A DNA stretch of 63,082 nucleotides, the filler included, from Candidatus Woesearchaeota archaeon (GTDB taxonomy: Archaea; Nanobdellota; Nanobdellia; Woesearchaeales; B72-G16): the NCBI GenBank assembly GCA_003650545.1. It is 17 parts of 17 records of this genome, joined end to end, with 100 filler letters (N's around TTAATTAATTAA, not from the genome) between each part and the next. Parts side by side here need not be neighbours in the genome. Positions count along the whole stretch, not along the records: positions 52,647 to 56,097 come from QMQO01000102.1; positions 56,198 to 59,631 come from QMQO01000103.1; positions 59,732 to 63,082 come from QMQO01000104.1; 14 more parts are not named here. One strand, written 5' to 3'. The notes below the pieces were generated by a model that saw nothing but the letters and a program-made list of their open reading frames with translations, did not search any database and was not told where the DNA came from. This document shows positions 53,854-63,082 of this stretch, one piece after another (positions within the stretch are counted from its first letter, which is position 1; the number at the start of each line of letters is the position of its first letter). The position numbers and the translations under genes are program-made.

Positions 53854-54405
53854 CTATTGAGGGCATATCAACATCTTATTTCTATCTAAAAAGTCTATTA
53901 GATGTAATAGCCAATACGCGTCTGGTAACATTATGACTTTTCCTTTTGATTTAGTTTTGTATGGGGGATTATCCTTCCAATCACGAATTGTTTGTAAAAC
54001 TTCTTTGCATAAAAACTCTGGTAAGGGTCTAACGTCTATGCCTAATTTTTTAGCATCATTTATCACGGTTTTGGTCCAGAAGCTGGCTACATAAAGCTTT
54101 TTATAATCTACATTTTTTTGAGTAAAGGCGAAAATTTTTCTAAAATAATTCTCAATAGTAGTGCATATACTGTTTGAAAACTTCTTTTGAAGTGATATAA
54201 CGCTTCTTTGACCCCCTGCTAATGCACCAACCTCAGCATGAACTATCTTCAAAGTATTGGCTTCAATTTTTGCACCCACTACATCTGCCTCGAATCTCCC
54301 TCCCATACTTGGTGCACCTACTGGTAATCCTATCTTAACCAAGTAACCTTTCAAGAGTAACCATTCCGCCACGATTTCTTCCGTCCAAGTTTTTGCAAAA
54401 GGCAA
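53854..54405 (-). CDS. PD-(D/E)xK-like nuclease-fold protein
   Basis: TWTEEIVAEWLLLKGY...EADVVG...IVHAEV. Confidence 0.6.
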   Translation of the reverse strand: MPFAKTWTEEIVAEWLLLKGYLVKIGLPVGAPSMGGRFEADVVGAKIEANTLKIVHAEVGALAGGQRSVISLQKKFSNSICTTIENYFRKIFAFTQKNVDYKKLYVASFWTKTVINDAKKLGIDVRPLPEFLCKEVLQTIRDWKDNPPYKTKSKGKVIMLPDAYWLLHLIDFLDRNKMLICPQ

Positions 54406-55249
54406 CTTCTCACCTCTCTTTAAAAATTATATCTCTAAATAAATAAAAGCCTTTATATCTCTAAAACCATCAGTTATAACTTATAGCAAATTATGTGTTG
54501 CGTGGAAAAGAAGCTTAATTAGGTTGTCGAGTTTTGGCCTATTTTCTTGAGCTTTTAAGCTCCCTTTTGTAGGCGCTCTCGTCAAGATACACAGTTATGG
54601 TCTTACGCATCATAAGCCCTCATCAGCAGAAAAATTGAAAAAACCAAATCAGGTATTCACAGCCATATAGAATACGATTTGGTTAGAGCATTTGAAGTAG
54701 CGGTTTACACATTTGCTTCTAAGTTCAACCGCCTTGTTCCCTCGGATTCGATGGAGACGTTTAAACGTCTCCCTATTACATTTTGATAGGGCGTTTCAAG
54801 AAGAAATGTAACGGCAACTTGATTTCTTTCAAGATATGTTACAAATTTTTACACGTAGAGTTTAGCTGCGTCTCTTATTTTCTGTATTTCTCCTTCGTCA
54901 CTTACAAAATAGATTTCAACATCACCTAGCCATGGATGATAGTTTTTGGCGTATCTCTCGAAGATTTTCCTGTTGCTGTCGCTTGATTCCTCAAGCTTCT
55001 CCATTAACCAAACATACTCATAGAGAGCACTAAACTCAGCTGAGGGTGTCAGACGAAGCGAAAAATCTCGCTTCTCACCGCCCAAACAGAAAACGAAACA
55101 CGGGGTAGGTTAAAATAGCTGAGGAAAAACATGTTTTTATTTTGATTTTCAATTGCCATTTTTACATATTGTTTTCTATGTAAAAATTGCTATTTCACGG
55201 AAAACTTTTCAGTCTAGTTTTTGCATGAAAAAGAGGTAATGTTTCTTTG

Positions 55250-55933
55250 TTACCAGATTATAATGTAGTTTGTGATGGTGTCGTTGTAGCTTGGCGGTTC
55301 ATAGCCGTTGTCCCTCCAATATTGGATGCCTATGTCCACGGTTACTATTCGGTCGTCCTGGGGTTCTATGAAGATTAATTCATGGTCGGTTGTGTTGAAG
55401 CATATTATTGCATGTGCGCTTTCCGGGAATTCTATGTAGACGAAACCGCATCGATAGCCTGCTTTAAATGCGTTGTTTTTTACGTCGGCTGCGAAGTTTA
55501 GGCAGACGTAGACGCCTGGGATATATGGGTTTTTGTCCGTTTCGTCCTGGGCTATAAACTGTAGGGCTTCATGGTAGGTTGGGTCTCTGATGGTGAAGCC
55601 TCTTCCAGCTCCATCAATCACTCCCTGTAAATAGCCTTCCCTATATCGTTGCTCATGCATTCTTTCGTATTCTAGCTGGAGGTTGTGGTATGCTGATTGA
55701 AGGGAACTATAATTCAGCTGAAGCGTTTCGTATCGGGTTTGGAGGTGGGATAATTCTGCCTGTAAATTTTCTTTTTCAGCCTCAAGCTGGGAGAGATGGG
55801 TCTGCAGTCTCTCGATGATCCCGGAGTAATAGAATGCTGAAACAATTAAGCCTATGAGAAGAATTGTTGATAAAACGCCTAATCCGATTGCAACGCCCCT
55901 GCTGACAACCTTTCGCTCCTCTTCCTCGTTCAT
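55250..55933 (-). CDS. Membrane-anchored coiled-coil protein with a C-terminal Cys-His-Glu (transglutaminase/cysteine-protease-like) domain
   Basis: TM, heptads, YVCLNFA...AHAIICF...FIEPQ. Confidence 0.7.
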   Translation of the reverse strand: MNEEEERKVVSRGVAIGLGVLSTILLIGLIVSAFYYSGIIERLQTHLSQLEAEKENLQAELSHLQTRYETLQLNYSSLQSAYHNLQLEYERMHEQRYREGYLQGVIDGAGRGFTIRDPTYHEALQFIAQDETDKNPYIPGVYVCLNFAADVKNNAFKAGYRCGFVYIEFPESAHAIICFNTTDHELIFIEPQDDRIVTVDIGIQYWRDNGYEPPSYNDTITNYIIIW

Positions 55934-56197
55934 TTAAGTAGAATCCCTCCGAAAAATGGTTTGAGATATTTAAATCATAAAAGATTAACTCCTCCGCCAA
56001 CTTTCCATAAATCTTCCGCCAAAAACTCTAAAAATATTATTTTTTAAATAAATATAACACTCTTATGTAAGGATGTTTAAAAAATATTTCTTGGTTGNNN
56101 NNNNNNNNNNNNNNNNNNNNNNNNNNNNNNNNNNNNNNNNNTTAATTAATTAANNNNNNNNNNNNNNNNNNNNNNNNNNNNNNNNNNNNNNNNNNNN

Positions 56198-56520
56198 CCT
56201 CGTCTTCGTATATGAATTCACGCTCATCTTTGCGCAAAAACAATCGCGTGTTGGAATTCTCGGCCATCCATTTCTCTATTTCGTCCCGGCGCCTCTCTCT
56301 TTGGCCGCGGTAGTATTCGATAGAGGTATATGGAAAGTTCGTGCGAGCAGACTCCACGGTTTTGACCTCACACAGGAAGCAACTATCGTCTTGGCAGACC
56401 CGAAAGTCGGCGGCTTTTCCGTTTTCTCGTGTTTTCAGCTTGGTAACAGCCCACCCCAGTGCCTCAAAGTATGTCTGGACAATCTGTTCGTTTGGCCCTC
56501 TTTGCTTTGCATTCATATTC
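56198..56520 (-). CDS. Putative PD-(D/E)xK nuclease, truncated
   Basis: NEQIVQTYFEALGW...ADFRV...LCEVK. Confidence 0.55.
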
Positions 56521-56623
56521 CGCGCTGTCCCATTATTTACGAACAACTTTGCCGCACTAACAGCTACATGTCGACAGACAAGTCGCGGTATAGTTTCAAT
56601 TCGGGGAACTCCCGACTTCTGTC

Positions 56624-56887
56624 TCAATAGCCTGAAAAATTCGATAGAGTTGATACCACGTTTATGGCAGCACAACAACCTGCTAACAGAGAGAGCAAAG
56701 ACAGGACGAAGAAGAAATAAGCTACAGAACGGATGTTTTTAAGAATTCTTGTTTGATCTTTCTGTTCAGCGTGTATTGCTCGAAACCACTTAAGCAAGTC
56801 TCTTTGTTGAACCACGAGCGATTCTACCTGCTCCCTTATTGAGCGTAACTCTTCCTGAGGTGATTGAGACGCGGATTTAGAAGTCAT
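56624..56887 (-). CDS. Small coiled-coil + TM protein
   Basis: AAGGAGG RBS; C-terminal hydrophobic helix. Confidence 0.55.
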   Translation of the reverse strand: MTSKSASQSPQEELRSIREQVESLVVQQRDLLKWFRAIHAEQKDQTRILKNIRSVAYFFFVLSLLSLLAGCCAAINVVSTLSNFSGY

Positions 56888-57094
56888 ACTCGCCTCCTTA
56901 TACCAAACAACACCTGAGACAGGGCTCGGGACACCGCCGCCCGGCCCACCAAACGCAGCGCGGCCATACGCCCCCAGGAAGCGCCGCCTCTTTTCCTCCC
57001 GCGAATAGGACGAGGCCGGCGCCTGAGTTGTACACCAGCTATCCGACCTGCCCTCCCACAGCTTAGGCGGCGGTTCCCATTTGCCCTTATGCTT

Positions 57095-57358
57095 TCACCT
57101 TAACAAACGCTCGTATTCATCGTGACTACCGATCCAATACCAGATCACCGTATCCCCCTCAAGAATGCCCACAGCTCGATAAGCATCGCTCACCCGTGCA
57201 GAGTAAACCGGTTCTTCGTCGTCCACTCGTTTAAATTGCACACCAGGATGACGAGGGTTCTCTTTCCACATTTGATAAGCCTTTCGTGCTTGCTGTTGCA
57301 CTCTGCGAGGGAGACTCGTATAAAGCTCCCAGAACTGCGCAGTGGCTTGCGATTTCAT
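57095..57358 (-). CDS. RelE/ParE-superfamily toxin
   Basis: FWELYTSLP...ENPRHPGVQFK...YSARVSDAYRAVG...WYWIGSHDEYE. Confidence 0.85.
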   Translation of the reverse strand: MKSQATAQFWELYTSLPRRVQQQARKAYQMWKENPRHPGVQFKRVDDEEPVYSARVSDAYRAVGILEGDTVIWYWIGSHDEYERLLR

Positions 57359-57669
57359 GCTGGCGTCAGTAGCCCATCTTCGGTGATCTCTATGTCAGTC
57401 GTTCGCCCGGCGCGATATTCCTCACGGGCCTCGCGTGCCATTTCTCGCATAACACGCCTTGCTTCCGGCTTAGCGAATAACTTCTCCCACTTTTCTTCTC
57501 CGGCTTCGGGACCTTCTTTTAGCCACTTCTTGTACTCTTGAGTATTTTGAAGCTCGAGAAAATATGCAAAGTTGACAAGTTGCACAACATGCTCCGGCGG
57601 TAGTCGGCGCATAATGCTAATTACCGTCTGCTCGTACGTTGAAGACTGAACATCCGTGTGTTTTCCCAT
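57355..57669 (-). CDS. Cognate antitoxin
   Basis: ATGA overlap with the toxin; EEKWEKLFA...MAREAREEYRAGRT; probable start MGKHTD. Confidence 0.7.
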   Translation of the reverse strand: MGKHTDVQSSTYEQTVISIMRRLPPEHVVQLVNFAYFLELQNTQEYKKWLKEGPEAGEEKWEKLFAKPEARRVMREMAREAREEYRAGRTTDIEITEDGLLTPA

Positions 57670-57743
57670 CGTTTCATCTCCCAACCTATTCAAATCGCAG
57701 ATCCATAGCCTATTCCGGGCGTAGAATGCGGCCTGTACTGAGA

Positions 57744-58001
57744 CTATTGCGCACTGGCGCCTGGAAGGCGCCAAAGACGCTGACCGCACATCACATTGAG
57801 TTTGCACCCAAGCTCCACTGCCTTCTCGGGCCACTCCCCGAAGTCGAAGCGGAGCTGGTCCACGCGCGGCTTGTTGACTGTCTCCACGGTCTGGAAGGGC
57901 AGCACGACGCGCTCCACCTCGGTGCGCTTGCCCGGCCAGACGAGGGCCGATCTCTCCGTGATCGCCTTGGTGGATGTGATTTCGCTTGGGGTTTGGGTCA
58001 T
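57744..58001 (-). pseudogene. N-terminal remnant of a site-specific DNA methyltransferase (Mod-like)
   Basis: LVWPGKRTEVERVVLPFQTVETVN is typical of such N-termini (recalled); no catalytic DPPY follows. Confidence 0.5.
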
Positions 58002-58147
58002 TGGTGGGTCTCCTTGTGCGTTCAACTTTGGCTGTTAACGAGGATACTCCACGTTGCTGGCATAGTTATTGAAAAAATACTCAGTGCTCGACGAACCTTT
58101 CGTCGTCGGCGCCTTCGACCCAGAGATAAATCCGTGAACACCTCATC

Positions 58148-59414
58148 TTAGCTCTCCAGCAAACCCTGAGCGAAAAGGTCAGCAACACCTATGTCATTTT
58201 CCAGAAACGTTTTCACATCCTCCCTATCGGCGGGTCTGGAGACAGTGGAAAAGCCCTGCTCGTTCCTTGATACTAGCAGAAGGGCCTCCAGATCGGCATA
58301 TTTTACGATCTGAGGACTGTGGGTAGTAACAATAACTTGTCTGTGATCTGATACCTCTTTCATCATGCTGACCACCTTGGCAATAAGCGAAGGATGCACG
58401 TTTCTTCCCGGCTCCTCGAACACAACCAGTGGCCTTTTATCAAAGTACAATGCGATAATCAAAGAAATCAAGCTAATTGTATCATCAGAGAGCAAAGAAG
58501 CAGGAAGATAAGTCTCGTAGTACTTCTCTCGCATTGTGAAAATGATGGACTTGTCCATGAACTTTTCTGTCTTAAAACTATCCACAAAGGACAGGACATC
58601 CCTTACTAGATTGGAGAATTTCCTCCTCTCCTCATCGCTCTCTATGATATTCTTGAGGACAATGGCCAAGTTGCTTCCGTCCTCTTCCAATTCGGTCTTT
58701 CCGGTGATTGGAGTTGATCTTCTGGGGAGTTTCGGGTCGAAGTCGTATACTCGGATGCTCTCAAAAATCGGCGTGGGTATGGGAGGGGCCAAAAAAAGGG
58801 CTTGACAGAAGTAGGGAGCCATGCGGCAGTTTTACTTCCTCCGTATCCTTGGCGGGGACAAACATTAGCAAGTCGCCCACACCTATTCTTGGTGGTAAAC
58901 CTTCCGGCAAGTCCAGACTGTATTCCAGTCTTCCTTCGATATTGGATAAGGAAATCTCCCCTGTTCCAATCTCTTCCTTCTCATCCAGATTACCATTTTG
59001 CTCCTCAAGTTCAAAGAAATGATACTCTCTGGTCAAACTATCACTGCCAATTTCAAAGCCAGCATTGCCGTCGGTAGCCGTTATGGAGAATTCGTAGATC
59101 AACTGCTTCTTTCGGATCCCTATTATCATTTCCTGCCTGTGTATTACGAATCTCCCGCTTTCCTCACAAACAACTCTTAATGACACTGGCCTGGAAGAAT
59201 CCATTGTGACATTTCTAAGATACTCAATTCCGCCCTGCATTGATACTGCATTTTGCAAGCCGTGATTTGCTATGTCTCTCAGGAACTTGAAAATCTCCAC
59301 GAAGTTAGACTTGCCAGAAGCATTTGCGCCGACTAGCACATTGAAGTTATCAAGTTCAATCTCTAAATCCTTGAAACTTCTAAAATTCGACACTCTGAGT
59401 TCTCTTATATTCAT
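58148..59414 (-). pseudogene. AAA_21/AbiEii-like ABC-type ATPase, frameshifted near a T7 run (58791-58797)
   Basis: NFRSF, Walker A GANASGKSN; second ORF carries LSDDT (usually LSDGT), VFEEP..HP and TTHSP. Confidence 0.8.
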
Positions 59415-59416
59415 TT

Positions 59417-59631
59417 TCAGTCGCTCTCCTCTTGATATGTGGCCATAGCTTCGGCCAAGACGGAGGCAGCGCTATAAGAATCGTAGGGCGTTGGCAGGTA
59501 ATAGGTCTTGCCAGACTCGAAGGGAAAGATTTCCTTGTCGCCTTCGAGTTCCTCGGCCAAACTGCGTATCAGCCTGAGCTTGTCGCGAGCAGGCAGCATG
59601 CAGACCACAGGAACGATCTCGGTCAACGTCA
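59417..59631 (-). CDS. Small hypothetical (antitoxin-like) protein, 5'-truncated
   Basis: LPARDKLRLIRSLAEEL...TPYDSYSAASVL. Confidence 0.5.
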
Positions 59632-59731
59632 NNNNNNNNNNNNNNNNNNNNNNNNNNNNNNNNNNNNNNNNNNNNTTAATTAATTAANNNNNNNNNNNNN
59701 NNNNNNNNNNNNNNNNNNNNNNNNNNNNNNN

Positions 59732-62634
59732 TGTTCTTGCCTAATGAACGGTATCAGCCCCAGCGAAGTAATCTGGAAGCTCTTGAACTCCACGATGGAT
59801 GTGGGAACCCTATACCAAGCCTTAAACTCTACATCCGTATGGTTTATTGTTACGACTCTGGTGGATTCGTTATATCCGTCGAAGAAACCGTAGAATTCGA
59901 AGCCATTAATGGATGATGGCAGTTTAACCACGTAATCCTCAGGGTAGAAGTAGTCTTCAACCACTGCTCCAACATATTTTGTGCTGTTCACGTAGGCGTA
60001 AATCCATGAAGGCATGTAGTTGCCGAACCTATCATATATTTCTATCTTGAGCCTGTAGAGGTCGATTACATTCAGTTCTCCAACACTGTCCAGTGTCCCC
60101 GTTATCACTAGGTAGTTGCCATCCCAGTAGTAGTTAAGATTAGTTACATTACCTACGACAGTAACCTTTGTCGGCAAATCACCCCTATAGTTAATGTACA
60201 GCTTGAACATGCCGATTCCGTTAAGCAGAATCCTCATCCTACTGAACGGGTACTTGGAGCTAACGTTTTCAACAGACAAAAGCTGCTTGTCATGCTCTAA
60301 AATCACCGACCTATTAAGACCCCTATAGTCTCTCGCAAGAGACTTCATTGCACATGGTAGGTTAGCCGTTGAATTGTCAGTAGTAATGTTTAGCTCAAAC
60401 GGAGTATCAGCAATAACAATATCTTTAAACTTAGCCACTAAACTGTAGTTACCGCCCCAGAGGTTATCAAAGCTGAACAGTTGATTACCTATAAGCTCCC
60501 CGACAACATATCCGGTTCCGTTAACCAATTGTAGCACTATGTTTTCATAGTTTATCACCTTGGAGTCAATGTCCAAAGGTTTAACTGAAAAAGCACCATA
60601 CTTAACTGTAATCGCTTTTTTACCGTAGCCAAGCCTCCAAAGAGAAGCCTTGGTCAAATTAGTCTCAATAATGAATATGCCCGTTTCGTTAAACCTTACA
60701 GATACCGACAAAACATTAGTGTATGTTTTGTTAAGCTCAACAATTGTTATATTTCCTATTTCGGGAAGCTCAACGGTTAAAGGCTCACCTATAAGTATGG
60801 TTTCAGTATCATAGCCCTTAGCATGCGTTCTAAAAGTCTTGAACCTATTCTCCAAGAGAGCATAAATAGCCAAATACTGGCTATAGTTTGCTGGATCAAT
60901 CCTATAAACAGTATAGTTATATGAACCAATAGTTTCATTTCCAACGTACACTGGTTGAACAGGATACTCTGTTGTATTAAATATTAAATATTGAACAAGT
61001 TTAAAGGTTATTACTGATGAGTTAAGATGTTCTGTTGAACCTAAATCCACATAGTGACTAGCAGAACAATTAAAGTAATCAACATTAGGTTCCCAAGGTG
61101 CTGAAATTTGCGGGTTAGTATTATACTTTGCATAAACTCTAACGTCTTTAATCCCGATTTCCTCTCCTATAGTAGTTATTGACTTTACAGTAGCATTTAT
61201 CCATACAGTTATTTGATTGCTAAGGTTAGCATTAACTGCCAAAAAAACCTCTGCCCAATCAGTACCTATGGTTGCATTAGTTAGTTCAGCAACGACTCCG
61301 CCAGTAGAGTTAAGCACTTTAACCCATAGTTGCCTAAGACTGCCAGTACCATTTGTTTTCGCCAACAAAGTAACATTTTCCACTAATACTTCAGAGTATG
61401 GGAGCGTAATGTTAACTTCGCTTACAAGGCTTACAAGATTCTCATAGTTCACGCCGCCACTCTGGTATGGGTTAGCGTAAACCCTCCAGCCATAAGCGTC
61501 AGTATAGTTGGTTTCATAACCAGCAACAGTAGCATTAGTAGCAGTAAAGCTATGGCTAAACTGAGTTGAATTAGGACTATAAGTTATTTCATGAATTAAT
61601 AATAGCGAATCTGATGGCAACTTCACTTTTTTTATTGCTACTGTTTCAAAACCGATTTCATAGGAAGGTTCTGGGTCAACATATTTGCGTAAAATAAAGT
61701 TGTCAAAGTGTAGTTCACTACTTTCATTAAAAGCCATGAACATAGCGATATAATATTGTTCCTCTGCTAACGAATAACTAACACTAGCTATTTCTACGCC
61801 ATCTTTTAGCAGCTTAAACACCCCATCAGCATATCTAAGCTCAAACTTGTGGAACTCTGTATCTGTTATTATATTTCTAGTCCACAACTGTGTAACACCA
61901 ACTGATGTTGCTTTGGAAAACTCATCTATAAAAACGTTAACAACGTCATTATCAACCTGTTTAAACCATAGTTCTTCACTACTTCCTTTAAGCGCTATAC
62001 CTACTTGAGAATGAGCTGCCGTATCGAGGTCTTTGCAATCACATCTAATGGCAAACCTATTTTTAACAGCAACATTAGGATATATTATTACATGACCCTC
62101 AGAAGATACTTTGCCAACACCTACACCTTCAGATACTGTAAAAGTCCCCTCACCCCCATCAAAAATGCCCGGTTCAACATTATATGTTTTTAATGTGCTA
62201 AAATCGTCAAAATAGTCAAAAACCTGGCTTGGGTCATTATAATCCGTGTATGGATTGTCGCCGCCGTAGTACATGTAGATTATTGTTTCCCCGTTCGCAG
62301 GTATTTGCGGTACCTTAACCCATATTGTTGCTTCCTGTTCTGTTACATTAAAATACTCTATCCAGTAATAAAGTGGATTGCCTAATGAATCAGTGAAATA
62401 TATGTCCGAGCCATTTGCACTTACTATGTGGCTCCAGTACATGAAATTTGTTGAGTTCAGAACTATTTTTATTTGATAATCGGATAGGTTAGTTCCGCTA
62501 AGTTCCTTTACTGTTATTGGAACATAATACTCTGCACCAGCTTGTACTAGTGGGGTCGTTAATATGGTGATAGTTGAGCTTAACAGAATCAGCACTATAA
62601 AAACTGTACATAGAGCTTTCTTAGCTCCAACCAC
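59732..62634 (-). CDS. Large secreted DUF2341-domain glycoprotein, truncated
   Basis: Signal peptide; DYQIKIVL...GSDIYFTD..GNPLYYWIE...IWVKVP..IYMYYG..VFDYFDDF; many N-x-S/T sequons. Confidence 0.85.
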
Positions 62635-62711
62635 TTCTTATCCCCTAGCTAATATTTTTCAGAAGTAACAATTTAAATTCTCCCGTCTAAAATATATGTA
62701 GGAGATGAAAG

Positions 62712-63082
62712 ATGAAGTCTGCAAAAAAAGTTATTTCATTAATACTAGTAGTAGCGTTGTTAACTTCCATCATACCTACTACAATACCACATGTAAGTGC
62801 CACCACACAGCAGTTGCCTAGGGTTACCCTAGTAAAGCTCTGGGAAATAAGCCACCAAGCATACATGGCTAAGTTCATTGGAGAAGACTACGTAGCCGTC
62901 TTTAAAGGACACGGCGATGTCAGCTTGGATGGAAAATACGTTGGTGTATTGGGCTCCGGAGGAGAAGTATGGATTTACAAGGTTTCCACAGGGGAGCTCA
63001 TAGCTCACTTGACAAGCGACACTGACGATAGCTGGGGTGACACTTGGGAGATAACTAGCTGGGAGCCCTTCCAAGCCGTAAA
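62712..63082 (+). CDS. Secreted protein (possible beta-propeller), running off the window end; missed by the ORF track
   Basis: MKSAKKVISLILVVALLTSIIPTTIPHVSA signal; VSLDGKYVGV...VWIYKVSTGELI; no stop before the end. Confidence 0.7.
   Translation, partial: MKSAKKVISLILVVALLTSIIPTTIPHVSATTQQLPRVTLVKLWEISHQAYMAKFIGEDYVAVFKGHGDVSLDGKYVGVLGSGGEVWIYKVSTGELIAHLTSDTDDSWGDTWEITSWEPFQAV

Noticed and set aside
53771..53888. Short plus-strand ORF MIPEPTEDSITGLLAKELEK, possibly a restriction-modification gene stub
   Set aside because: Too short and without catalytic motifs to support a call
52796..58797. Programmed frameshifting at the 7-nt homopolymers at 52796-52802 and 58791-58797
   Set aside because: Three unrelated contigs show single-base shifts at 7-nt runs, which is most simply explained by homopolymer sequencing error or decay; no stimulatory structure seen
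3785..59731. Regularly recurring TTAATTAATTAA flanked by N runs, and ORFs ending in X...LIN
   Set aside because: Artificial contig linkers, not a biological repeat or CRISPR array; adjacency across them carries no information

Overview
This window is not one locus. It is 17 unrelated metagenomic contigs (about 3.35-3.8 kb each, sorted by decreasing length) joined by artificial 100-nt linkers (N44-TTAATTAATTAA-N44), so gene neighbourhoods mean something only within a contig. The contigs are 1-3784, 3885-7659, 7760-11529, 11630-15397, 15498-19241, 19342-23074, 23175-26895, 26996-30639, 30740-34355, 34456-38041, 38142-41726, 41827-45353, 45454-48963, 49064-52546, 52647-56097, 56198-59631 and 59732-63082. 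Most look archaeal or archaeal-viral; several are bacterial (lineages inferred, not tested). Four loci stand out. (1) An archaeal tRNA-Arg-integrated island carries a thurincin-H-like sactipeptide cluster: an unannotated 48-aa CxxCxxCxxCxxC precursor, an RRE-rSAM-SPASM maturase and an ABC ATPase. (2) An archaeal mobile element carries a type IV-B CRISPR effector operon (csf2-csf3-cysH) converging on a DUF1874/AcrIII-1-like ring nuclease. (3) A spindle-shaped-virus-like structural module has an SSV1 VP2 homologue and a candidate pseudoknotted small RNA with its own TATA box. (4) A DUF3800-like RNase H-fold gene is followed directly by a structured RNA. All family calls come from motifs read by eye and recalled family knowledge; no database searches were run.
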